Part shown: piece by piece, positions 28,056-36,958 of the stretch
Layout: each line of letters opens with the position of its first letter
Position numbering within the stretch: the stretch's first letter is position 1
Origin: Minisyncoccota bacterium
GTDB taxonomy: Bacteria > Patescibacteriota > Minisyncoccia > Phycocordibacterales > Phycocordibacteraceae
Length of the DNA stretch: 64,000 nt
NCBI GenBank assembly: GCA_022842585.1
Contig: JALHPI010000001.1
Span: 2,298 to 66,297 of the forward strand
Direction: 5' to 3'
Program-made: the position numbers and the translations under genes
The notes under the pieces: model-generated
The model's input: the letters and a program-made list of their open reading frames with translations, nothing else
Told to the model about the DNA's origin: nothing
The model's database searches: none

Positions 28056-29119
28056 AAGTCTATATGCGGATTAAAGACACCCGTCTTCCGACGCACTTTC
28101 TCCACCCACGCCGGATTATCAATATACCACTGCACGGTTTCCGTGAACGCCTCCTCAAAGTTATGAGTTGGCGCCCAGCCAAGCTCTTTCTTTATGAACG
28201 AAGCGTCTATCGCGTACCGGCGGTCGTGCCCCGGGCGGTCGGAGACAAATTCAAGCATGTTCTTTCCCTTACCAAAGTAGCCAAGGATGCGGTGGGCAAT
28301 CTCACGGTTATTAAGCTCATTATCAGCACCTATGTTGTACACGGCACCAGGGGTGCCTTTAAGGAGACAGAGCTCGAGCGCTTTACAGTGGTCGAGTACA
28401 TAAATCCAATCGCGCACGTGGTTGCCGTCGCCGTAGAGAGGAAGCGTTTTTCCTTCAAGCATGCGGAGCACAAAGAACGGAATGAGCTTCTCTGGGTACT
28501 GGCGGGGGCCATAATTATTGGAGCAGTGCGTCACCACCACCGGTACCCCCCACGTATTGTGATACGCGCGACACAGCATATCGCCCCCAGCTTTGGTCGC
28601 GGCATACGGCACGTTCGGTGCAAATGCGGTGTCTTCGGAGAAGAGAGCCTTTGACTTCAAATCAAGCGAACCGTACACCTCGTCGGTTGAGACTTGTACG
28701 AACGATTGCACGTTCCCGGACGCTTTCACCGCCTCAAGGATATTGAACACGCCGGTGACATTCGTATTGATGAACTCGAGCGCGCCCACGTGAATACTGC
28801 GGTCGACATGCGTCTCTGCTGCAAAGTTAATAACGTAGTCAGGTTGATATTTCTTAAATGCGGCAGTGATTGTTTTTTGGTTTGCGATGTCACCTTTTAT
28901 AAACGTGTAACGCGCATCCTTTGCATAGTCGCGTAGATTGTCCTGATTGCCCGAATACGTGAGCTTATCGAGATTCACGACACTCACCTTGGGGTACTTT
29001 CCGAGGATGTGGCGTATGAAGTTGGAGCCGATGAATCCGGAGCCGCCGCACACGAGTATTGTCTTCTTGTTAAGCGAAGCCTCCGACGGGGTCCGTGCTC
29101 GCGTCGCTTTTTTTGCCAT
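28028..29119 (-). CDS. rmlB: dTDP-glucose 4,6-dehydratase
   Basis: 363 aa. ILVCGGSGFIGSNF, a FAAETHVDRS-like segment and YAATKAGGDML (YxxxK). Confidence 0.85.
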   Translation of the reverse strand: MAKKATRARTPSEASLNKKTILVCGGSGFIGSNFIRHILGKYPKVSVVNLDKLTYSGNQDNLRDYAKDARYTFIKGDIANQKTITAAFKKYQPDYVINFAAETHVDRSIHVGALEFINTNVTGVFNILEAVKASGNVQSFVQVSTDEVYGSLDLKSKALFSEDTAFAPNVPYAATKAGGDMLCRAYHNTWGVPVVVTHCSNNYGPRQYPEKLIPFFVLRMLEGKTLPLYGDGNHVRDWIYVLDHCKALELCLLKGTPGAVYNIGADNELNNREIAHRILGYFGKGKNMLEFVSDRPGHDRRYAIDASFIKKELGWAPTHNFEEAFTETVQWYIDNPAWVEKVRRKTGVFNPHIDLWRKHQIKK

Positions 29120-29131
29120 AGTGAGCTGATT

Positions 29132-30061
29132 CTATACTTCCTCCTGCACGATGTAAATCGGGCGTTTTTTGACCTCCTCAAACGTCTTGCCGAGATACAG
29201 CGCTACCACGCCAAGCATGGTGGAAAGAAAGCCAAAAATAAGCCAGAGCGAAGCGAGTAGGAACGCAAACGGACTCACTGCAATTCCCATAAATCCTTGT
29301 ATGAGAAGATATGCGGCATATAGGACGGCAAGAAACGTAACGACGATTCCTAATTTCACAATGAGCCGTAGAGGTCCTTCCGAGTATGCAAGGATGATAT
29401 CGGTCGCAAGCGAGAAGAGTTTCGCGAGCGAATACCCTGACTTCCCTCCTTTGCGCGGCGCGTGTTCTACCGGTACCTGCGCGGTGCGAAACCCTACCCA
29501 ACGCACCATGACGGAGAAATACCGCATGTGATCTCGCAGTGAGAGGACCGCATCGATAACCTTCCGATGATAGATGCCGAAGTTCGCCACCGTGCGATCC
29601 TGGTACCTTCCCGACAAATAACTGAGCGTCGCATAAAACGCGCGCGAGACGAAGGAGCGCACCAAGCCGTCATGACGCTTCTGACGGGAACCGACGACGA
29701 CGAAGTACCCTTCCTGCGCTTTCGTATACATCTGTTCTATTTCTTCCGGCTGGTCCTGCAAATCACAATCCATCACCACTACCCATTCGCCCCTGCTTGC
29801 CGCAAGCCCTGCGGTCAACGCTGGATACTGGCCGAAGTTGCGGGAGAGATTGATACCGCGGACGCGGGAATCTTTTTGTGCGAGTTTCTGTATCACCTGC
29901 CACGCGTTATCGGGACTCGCATCATTCACGAGGATGAGTTCGAATTCGGACGTTATCTTCTCTACGGTCGCTACCACTCGCAGGTGGAGCTCGTTGAGAG
30001 CATCGTCAGAACCATACACGGGAACAACCACCGATATCTTTGGCTTCCCCGCTTGTTGCAT
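29132..30061 (-). CDS. GT2 polyprenyl-phosphate sugar synthase (GtrB/DPM1-like) with C-terminal TM helices
   Basis: 309 aa. ISVVVPVYGSDDAL...LILVNDASPD...VVMDCDLQD, plus two C-terminal TM helices. Confidence 0.75.
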   Translation of the reverse strand: MQQAGKPKISVVVPVYGSDDALNELHLRVVATVEKITSEFELILVNDASPDNAWQVIQKLAQKDSRVRGINLSRNFGQYPALTAGLAASRGEWVVVMDCDLQDQPEEIEQMYTKAQEGYFVVVGSRQKRHDGLVRSFVSRAFYATLSYLSGRYQDRTVANFGIYHRKVIDAVLSLRDHMRYFSVMVRWVGFRTAQVPVEHAPRKGGKSGYSLAKLFSLATDIILAYSEGPLRLIVKLGIVVTFLAVLYAAYLLIQGFMGIAVSPFAFLLASLWLIFGFLSTMLGVVALYLGKTFEEVKKRPIYIVQEEV

Positions 30062-30152
30062 ATACCGGCATCATATACAGCTTGCTTCCCTTTGGAAAGC
30101 AGGGGCAAATGACGCTCTAGCTCAAACCGTACATACCCGCTACCATGCATGT

Positions 30153-31418
30153 ATGGTGCGCACCCTTAAAGACACGTTAGTTACTACATTGCGTTGGAGC
30201 CAAGCGTACACCAAGACCGACATGGTATACCTCGCTTCCGGCGGGTTTTGGCTCGTGCTCGGACAGGCGGTCTCTTCCCTGTCGGCGCTCGCTTTGGCGG
30301 TAGCGTTTGCAAACCTCGCCCCTCCTGAGACCTACGGTACCTATAAGTACCTCCTGTCGCTTGCAGGACTATTTGCAATCTTTTCGCTCCCCGGGATAAA
30401 CACCGCGCTCGCACGTGCTACGGCGCAAGGGCAAGAAGCCACCATTCACGCAACGACGCGTTCGCGCATCATATACGCGTCTCTCGGTAGCGTATGTGCA
30501 GTAGTCGGGAGTGCGTATTATTTCTTTAATGGGAACATGGAGCTCTCGATTGCACTCCTTATTATTGCGGCTACCCTGCCATTTTTTGATACCTTTACTT
30601 CCTATCTGTTCTATTTCGTCGGGAAGCGCCGATTTGATTTGCGAACGAAGTATTATGCGCTCACCCAAGTACTGAGTACTGCGGTCCTTATAGCGACACT
30701 CGCCTTCACCGACAATCTCTTGATACTGCTCACGGCATATTTCCTACCTCTGATAGGTATCCGCACAGCACTGTATTGGCACATAGCGCGAGCCATTCCA
30801 CAGACCGCACCTAAAGAGCAAGAGACGGAGGTGAAGCAATACGGCATGCACCTGACGGCAATGCAAATTCTGAGCACCATCGCAAACGAAGTGGACAAGA
30901 TTCTCATATGGAAATTCTTAGGGCCGGTACAAGTGGCCATCTACACGTTTGCGCTCGCCATTCCGGAACAAATTAAAGGCCCTCTGAAGGGAGTCGGCGA
31001 GCTTGCCTTCCCAAAGTTTGCAGAACAAACATCAGAAGAAATACGGCAGAACCGCCCCGCACTCTTCCGCAAACTCGCCCTCTATGCGCTCGCACTACTT
31101 GGCGTTTCCCTTCTCTATGCGCTTGCGGCTCCCTATGTCTTCCAGTTCTTATTCCCTCAGTATATGGAAAGCGTCGTCTATTCCCAGTGGTTTGCACTTT
31201 CCATAGTGACCGGGATAGCAACTATTCCTAATGCGCTACTGGCAGCCCAAAAGAAAACAAAGACGCAATATATTATTTCCGTCGTCCAACCACTGCTCAC
31301 CATCGGCCTTCTCGTGATACTCATTCCGCTCTATGGGATTATGGGCGCCATTGTCGCCCTTCTACTCAGCAGATTCGCGACCGTCGTGACGTATATCGCT
31401 ATGGTGCGCGCACTCTAG
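30153..31418 (+). CDS. wzx: Wzx-like oligosaccharide flippase (MOP/polysaccharide biosynthesis family)
   Basis: About 422 aa with 12-14 TM helices. The start is chosen at MVRTLKD (30153) because the listed ORF start (29838) overlaps the convergent gtrB-like gene. Confidence 0.65.
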   Translation: MVRTLKDTLVTTLRWSQAYTKTDMVYLASGGFWLVLGQAVSSLSALALAVAFANLAPPETYGTYKYLLSLAGLFAIFSLPGINTALARATAQGQEATIHATTRSRIIYASLGSVCAVVGSAYYFFNGNMELSIALLIIAATLPFFDTFTSYLFYFVGKRRFDLRTKYYALTQVLSTAVLIATLAFTDNLLILLTAYFLPLIGIRTALYWHIARAIPQTAPKEQETEVKQYGMHLTAMQILSTIANEVDKILIWKFLGPVQVAIYTFALAIPEQIKGPLKGVGELAFPKFAEQTSEEIRQNRPALFRKLALYALALLGVSLLYALAAPYVFQFLFPQYMESVVYSQWFALSIVTGIATIPNALLAAQKKTKTQYIISVVQPLLTIGLLVILIPLYGIMGAIVALLLSRFATVVTYIAMVRAL

Positions 31419-31429
31419 CGGGCACCCTG

Positions 31430-32500
31430 TTACGCCATAATGCGCTCCACCCGACGCTTCCATGAATATTCGACAACGCGGGTACGCGCCTCTTCCGCAC
31501 GCGCGTTGCCACCAGCAATCGCTTTTTGAATGCCATCAGCGAGTGCGTGTGCATCATCCGGCGGTACCAGATACGCGGCCGTATCATCTACCACTTCGCG
31601 AATACTCGGCAAATCACTTGCAACGATGGGAATGCCGCTTGTCATATAGGCAAACAGCTTCAACGGCGAAGTAAAGGATACCGATATCTCATCCTTGCCG
31701 GTGTTCGGAAGTACGAGCACATCGGCCGCCGCCATATTATTGGCAAGCGCTCGATAAGGGTGCGCGCCAAGAAAGCGCACCTGCGGGTATCGACGAGACA
31801 GCTCTTCTACCTGATGCGGCTCACCCCCGATAATTACGCACTGTATATCCTTCATATGCGCTGATGCTTCAAGAAACGTGTCTATGCCCTTCCACCCATC
31901 AAGCCGTCCGATATACATGGCTATGGAAGCATCCTGCGGAAGTCCTAATCGGGTACGCGCCACTTCTTTTGACTCTGGGTGGGCAAACGCCTCAAGATCA
32001 ACGCCGTCGTGGGCAACGCATATCTTTTCAGCTGATACACCGCGTGCGATATAAAAGTCTTTCAATCCTTGGCTTATCACTATCATCCGTTTTGCTCGCT
32101 CTGCAACAACGCGCGCCACGCTACTCCACGCACCGGTGTGCGACTCCCATACATAGGGCGGGGTCTGGAAGCGCAGCACCAGTTCATCTCGGCTATACAG
32201 CAGGTCGAAAGAAGCCGAACCCAGATACTTTCTCACTGCCCACGAAAATGAAAGGGTCTCAGCATAAAAGCCAACCGTTCCGAACGAAACGGTATCCATA
32301 ACTTGCAACCGTCGTATCGAAAAAGTCTGTGATACGCCGTAGTACGAGAATGCATCTTCTGGTATGGACGTTTTTCGGTCAGGGACAAGCAGTTCCACCT
32401 CATACCCACATGCAACGAGCGCCTCACAGGTTTTCATTATTTGAATACCATGCGCTTTTTCAGTTGGCATGCGCACATTGGCACAATAGATAATCTTCAT
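31430..32500 (-). CDS. Glycosyltransferase family 4
   Basis: 356 aa. GT-B fold with a GT4 C-terminal domain (SVSFTSPLKLFAYMTSGIPIVASDLPSIREVV). Confidence 0.7.
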   Translation of the reverse strand: MKIIYCANVRMPTEKAHGIQIMKTCEALVACGYEVELLVPDRKTSIPEDAFSYYGVSQTFSIRRLQVMDTVSFGTVGFYAETLSFSWAVRKYLGSASFDLLYSRDELVLRFQTPPYVWESHTGAWSSVARVVAERAKRMIVISQGLKDFYIARGVSAEKICVAHDGVDLEAFAHPESKEVARTRLGLPQDASIAMYIGRLDGWKGIDTFLEASAHMKDIQCVIIGGEPHQVEELSRRYPQVRFLGAHPYRALANNMAAADVLVLPNTGKDEISVSFTSPLKLFAYMTSGIPIVASDLPSIREVVDDTAAYLVPPDDAHALADGIQKAIAGGNARAEEARTRVVEYSWKRRVERIMA

Positions 32501-33429
32501 AGAGACTCGTACGCTTGCTTGATACGCGGAATGAGCGAGGCGAGTGAGTGATGCGTGCGAACATACTCTCTTGTAAGCGGGAGTGCGCTAATAGCCGGAT
32601 CAGTAGAGTCAACCAGACACCCGCATGAAGCAGCCTCTAGTACCACCTTGTCTAACGAACCGGTCTCAGAGCGATGTACGAGGCGGGCCGCACGGCGATA
32701 CTCCTCACGAAGCGTCTCTTCAGTGCAAGGACCGAGAAACACCACTGACGCCTGAAGCTCCTGCGCGAGCGCCTCTAATCGCTCACGCTCAGGTCCTTCC
32801 CCTGCAATACGAAGCGACACCCCCTCCTCGTGCGCGAGTCGTATCGCGAGATCGTGGCGTTTGGTCGGCATGAGGCGCCCTACCGAGAGCAGATCAGAGG
32901 CACGCATGGAGTGTTCGTCCGGTGTCCAGTAATCAGTATCGATACCATGCCCCATCACGCGCACTTTCTTTGACGCGAGACGGAAGCTTTCTTTGGAAGC
33001 GGTGAATACTATGTCTGCAAACCATTCCGCAATACGCAACTTCATATCAACCGATTTGTGCGTATACCAGAGCGCGATTTTCTTCCGCATGAGACGCCAA
33101 TCAAGGCCGGTAAGTGCTAGGTACTCAGGATTCATGTGGACGAATACCGCATCGTATTCTTTGCGCAGGCCGTAGACGAGCTTCAAAAACCGCCATGCGT
33201 ACTGCACACGATAAATGATATGATATATCATATCATTTATCGTTGAAGGGGTTTTTTCTTTACCAAGGGAATGAACGATGACGTTTGGCGGTAACCGGTA
33301 CTCCCCTTTCTTCAAGCAAATGACCTGTATGGAGTCGAAGTGCTTTGAAAATTCCTCGAGCCAGTGGTGGAAGAACCCGAGCACGGGATCATTCTTGTCT
33401 ACGACCTGCGTGACGATGAGGAGTTTCAT
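32497..33429 (-). CDS. Glycosyltransferase (GT-B, GT4-like, compact)
   Basis: 310 aa. C-terminal GT4-like domain (GSLDKVVLEAASCGCLVDSTDP). Confidence 0.55.
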   Translation of the reverse strand: MKLLIVTQVVDKNDPVLGFFHHWLEEFSKHFDSIQVICLKKGEYRLPPNVIVHSLGKEKTPSTINDMIYHIIYRVQYAWRFLKLVYGLRKEYDAVFVHMNPEYLALTGLDWRLMRKKIALWYTHKSVDMKLRIAEWFADIVFTASKESFRLASKKVRVMGHGIDTDYWTPDEHSMRASDLLSVGRLMPTKRHDLAIRLAHEEGVSLRIAGEGPERERLEALAQELQASVVFLGPCTEETLREEYRRAARLVHRSETGSLDKVVLEAASCGCLVDSTDPAISALPLTREYVRTHHSLASLIPRIKQAYESL

Positions 33430-33947
33430 GGAAGCTCAGAGAGCGAACGGACAACGGGCCAGCGGCCATCCCCTTCCTTCCCGTCACGGCGCATTTCATG
33501 GACTTTCATGTTTGGGAAAGCAACACTCATAAGTTCAAGCTCATGAATTCTATCGTCTGCAAATACTGCTTCTTGCCCATAGTATCCTGGCCAATCTTTA
33601 AGGAATTCTGCTTTGAACTTTTCTCCGGTATACAAAGCGGTAACCCGAACAACATCGGCGAGAGCGCTTTCCACTTTTATTTTTTGCAGCGCCTCATTCC
33701 CGAACGTGATAATAACCGCCTCATTGCCAAGCATCCGCAAGAACTCTGCGACATCGGCATAGAGGAATTGCGCAAGCTCGCCAGAGGCAAATGCTATCTC
33801 TCCTGATTGAGCGCGCTCATTCAATGACGCTGCGACATCCACTTCAGGCTCACCGGTGATACTCGCATCACCATCGCGTTCTGCAAGATACTCTTTGAAA
33901 GTATCCGTATCAAAAAGCGTCCGGTCGAAATCAAGAAAGTACATCAT
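33426..33947 (-). CDS. HAD-superfamily hydrolase/phosphatase
   Basis: 173 aa. Motif I FLDFDRTLFDT (DxD-type). Confidence 0.6.
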   Translation of the reverse strand: MMYFLDFDRTLFDTDTFKEYLAERDGDASITGEPEVDVAASLNERAQSGEIAFASGELAQFLYADVAEFLRMLGNEAVIITFGNEALQKIKVESALADVVRVTALYTGEKFKAEFLKDWPGYYGQEAVFADDRIHELELMSVAFPNMKVHEMRRDGKEGDGRWPVVRSLSELP

Positions 33948-34803
33948 GGTCGTTTCCGTACACTCTTTCTAATAGTTCTACATCTTTTTCGGACTGAGTG
34001 AGTAATGCATTATTTTTACGCACCAGTGCACTAAGCAACGCGTCTCCCTCCGTATCCTCAGTCTTCTTATACAACTGGCGAAACGCCTCCATGTCCTTTA
34101 TGAAACAATCGCCGCCGGCTCCTCTTCCTTTCTTATCGGTATGCCCGCTTGCGTCCACCGGGAATAAGTGGGAGGCACCGATGCGTGGGTCGGAAGCAAG
34201 CGCCTCGCGCACTGTCTCGTAGTCGACACCAAGCGTATGCGCAAGATCGTAGAAAAGATTGGCGAGCACCACTTTATTCGCGAGAAACACGTTGCCCGCA
34301 TACTTCGTGAGCTCAGCCGCACGCGACGGCATGATGTTTGTATACGGCGCTTTTGCGCAAACCGAGAGTACGAGCTCTGCGGCGTCTTGATGGAGCGCAT
34401 CCTCTTCGGGTATACCGATAAGCGTACGGGTAGGGTGCGACGCGTCATGTGCCGCATGCTTTTCGCGCAAGAACTCGGGGGAACATAGCACGATGCGGTC
34501 ATGGAATTCTTTCTGGAGCGACTCGGTAGTGCCCGGAAGAAGCGTTGATTTCACCACCGCAATCTTTCCCGTGCCAACCAATGGAATGACGGCACGCACG
34601 ATAGAGGCATCGAAGCCGTCTTTGGTCGTAGGAGTGGGTACGGCGACGAATACGATGTCGCAGGTTGCTATCGCCTCTTTGTTTTGCGCGTACGGTGCCT
34701 CAAGGGCATAGCGCACGACCGTATATCCGCGCGCCTCGAAATCATTGGCGTAGTTCTTCCCTATCCAGCCCTGTCCGATGAATCCTATGGTCGGCTTTTT
34801 CAT
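33931..34803 (-). CDS. Nucleotide-sugar dehydrogenase (UDP-glucose/GDP-mannose dehydrogenase family). Short form lacking the C-terminal UDP-binding domain.
   Basis: 290 aa. GFIGQGWIG, VFVAVPTP, VVKSTLLPGTT, CSPEFLREK, KYAGNVFLANKV and the catalytic GGDCFIKD. Ends about 100 aa before a canonical enzyme would. Confidence 0.65.
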   Translation of the reverse strand: MKKPTIGFIGQGWIGKNYANDFEARGYTVVRYALEAPYAQNKEAIATCDIVFVAVPTPTTKDGFDASIVRAVIPLVGTGKIAVVKSTLLPGTTESLQKEFHDRIVLCSPEFLREKHAAHDASHPTRTLIGIPEEDALHQDAAELVLSVCAKAPYTNIMPSRAAELTKYAGNVFLANKVVLANLFYDLAHTLGVDYETVREALASDPRIGASHLFPVDASGHTDKKGRGAGGDCFIKDMEAFRQLYKKTEDTEGDALLSALVRKNNALLTQSEKDVELLERVYGNDHDVLS

Positions 34804-35768
34804 GAGAGCAGCGGCGCAAGCGCTTCGGCAAGTTTCTCCGGATCATGGCGCGCAAGCGAACGAGGCACGGGGTCTTCAGGCACGGGAGGCACCGCATGCA
34901 CGGAAGCAATAGCGGTACGAATAACGCGCACGTCGTCTCCTAAGTCATCCTCCACCGGTGCCTCCCCTTCCTGCTGGTACTTCTCAAGCACATCTTCATT
35001 AAACCCTCCATTCTTATGAACCAATATGACTTCGGGTTTTTTGCCTGCGTAGCGGGCAATTTCTGCAATATAGTCGGACGCATGCATGCCTCCGGTCTGT
35101 CCTGACTTCGTAAAGAGATTCATGATGTATATAAGCTTTGCATTGCTTTGCGCTATTGCTTCTTTGAAGCCATCGGCGATAAGAGGAGCGATGGATGATG
35201 CATAGAGGTCACCTGGACCAAGAATGATGACATCTGCTTCCGCTATCGCTTCTAGCACTGCAGAAGAAGCGGGTGTCGCTACCTCATACGAAATAGTATC
35301 GATACGCGCACGCTCTGGCGCATGCTCGTCAAGCCGGTTCTCTCCGCGAATAATCGACCCGTCCGCAAGCGTTGCAAGAAGCGTGGTAGGTACGTCCGTT
35401 GCCGGAATAACTCTTCCCGAGACGCGCAGAATCTTTGACGCTTCCTCAAGCGCTTTGGCGTCGGAGCCGAGCAAGTCAGTGAGCGCGGTAAGGAAAAGAT
35501 TGCCGAGGTTATGGCCTTTTATGTCACCTTTTGCGAATCGGTATGCGAATAAATCGCGAAGTACGGGACCATCCTCAGCGAGCGCGACGAGCGCTTGGCG
35601 TGCGTCGCCAAGCGGGAGGAATCCATACGCGTCCCGCAAACGACCGGTTGAACCGCCATCGTCCGCCGACGATACGATGGCGGAAAGCGAAAGGCCAGGG
35701 AGCCTGCGAAGTGCGGAGAGCACTACGAATGTGCCAGTTCCGCCCCCGATAGTGACAATCTTTTTCAT
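34800..35768 (-). CDS. YvcK/CofD-family protein (gluconeogenesis factor / 2-phospho-L-lactate-transferase-like, UPF0052)
   Basis: 322 aa. IVTIGGGTG and DDGGSTGRLR signatures. Confidence 0.7.
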   Translation of the reverse strand: MKKIVTIGGGTGTFVVLSALRRLPGLSLSAIVSSADDGGSTGRLRDAYGFLPLGDARQALVALAEDGPVLRDLFAYRFAKGDIKGHNLGNLFLTALTDLLGSDAKALEEASKILRVSGRVIPATDVPTTLLATLADGSIIRGENRLDEHAPERARIDTISYEVATPASSAVLEAIAEADVIILGPGDLYASSIAPLIADGFKEAIAQSNAKLIYIMNLFTKSGQTGGMHASDYIAEIARYAGKKPEVILVHKNGGFNEDVLEKYQQEGEAPVEDDLGDDVRVIRTAIASVHAVPPVPEDPVPRSLARHDPEKLAEALAPLLS

Positions 35769-35791
35769 ACCGTATTACGCGGAGAGTATCA

Positions 35792-36958
35792 CTAGTATGC
35801 CTTATCCGCACCTTGCGACAGAACGCGCGCAAGATCTTCAGCTATGAGGCGCGGCAAATCTTCGTACTTCGCCAGATGCTCGAGTACTGCCTGTTCTGCA
35901 TTCATGGAGAGGGTACGGCGCAGTTGATGGTCACCGATAATCGCATGCATATGCGCGGCCATGTTTGCCGTATCCCCAGGCGGGGTCGAAAGCACGTGTT
36001 CATAACCCTTCAAAACCTCGCCGACGATGCCCACGTCTGTAGTGATGATGGGGAGCCGCGCGAGTGCCGCTTCAACGAGCGTTCTTCCGTATCCTTCATA
36101 CGCGCTTGCTTGTATGTAGGCATGTGCACTTCGCATAAGACCCCAAGCGTCCTTACCCTGCTCTCCCATAAAGAGTACCCGGGAAGTCAGGTTCAGCTTT
36201 GCCGTAAGCTTCTCAAGCTTGGCGCGCTCGCTCCCCTCTCCGACGATGACCAGTCCCACGGAAGGATAGGTGAACGAGATTTTTCCAAGAGACATGAGGA
36301 TATCTTCGATGCGCTTCTCCGGTTCAAGTCGTCCTGACGTCATGAATGCAAAAGAAAAATCATGTAGCGGAAGCGGGACGGCGGAAGGAACGTTCCTACC
36401 CACTGAAATAGGTAGGACGCTCGGTTCGTGGATTTCATTCTTATATACCGAAAGGAGTGAGGTACGTATGCGTTCAGACACCACGCGAATGCCGTCTGCG
36501 CGCGGAAGGACTTTTCGCGCGATTTTTAGCCGTAGTCCGTTTAAGAACGGTGCATGAATTTTCATCGAGCGAAACACACCGCTCCTGATAAACCACGGGG
36601 AAAGGAAGTCGGTATGCACCTGAATATGCAGTTTTGCCGAGGTTCCCTGTACCGCCTTCTTCGCGCACCATCCGTATTCAAACGGGTCCTGCGCGGAGAC
36701 AATGGCAATCTCCTCGCGAAGGATGAGCTCATGTGCGAGCTTTGGAAGTCGCATAAGCGTGCTAAGCGCCCCGCCCTCTAAAGGATGAAGCACGAGCGGG
36801 CCGTCTATTTCCTCGACTGCGCCGCGTGCCGCGCGGGACATGATATGGAGCGTACCGCCCGAAACACTGATAGCATCCGCGTATGCGCGCATGCGCTCGC
36901 GGGTCGCGCTCCCGCGTACGAATATGCCCGGATCGTTCGAGATGAAGAGTACGTTCAT
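35792..36958 (-). CDS. Glycosyltransferase family 4
   Basis: 388 aa. GT4 C-domain with YEGYGRTLVEAALARLPIITTDVG. Confidence 0.7.
   Translation of the reverse strand: MNVLFISNDPGIFVRGSATRERMRAYADAISVSGGTLHIMSRAARGAVEEIDGPLVLHPLEGGALSTLMRLPKLAHELILREEIAIVSAQDPFEYGWCAKKAVQGTSAKLHIQVHTDFLSPWFIRSGVFRSMKIHAPFLNGLRLKIARKVLPRADGIRVVSERIRTSLLSVYKNEIHEPSVLPISVGRNVPSAVPLPLHDFSFAFMTSGRLEPEKRIEDILMSLGKISFTYPSVGLVIVGEGSERAKLEKLTAKLNLTSRVLFMGEQGKDAWGLMRSAHAYIQASAYEGYGRTLVEAALARLPIITTDVGIVGEVLKGYEHVLSTPPGDTANMAAHMHAIIGDHQLRRTLSMNAEQAVLEHLAKYEDLPRLIAEDLARVLSQGADKAY

Noticed and set aside
29838-30152. 105-codon N-terminal extension of the Wzx ORF
   Set aside because: It overlaps the 5' end of the convergently oriented gtrB-like gene. 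Wzx proteins begin shortly before their first TM helix, at the MVRTLKD start.
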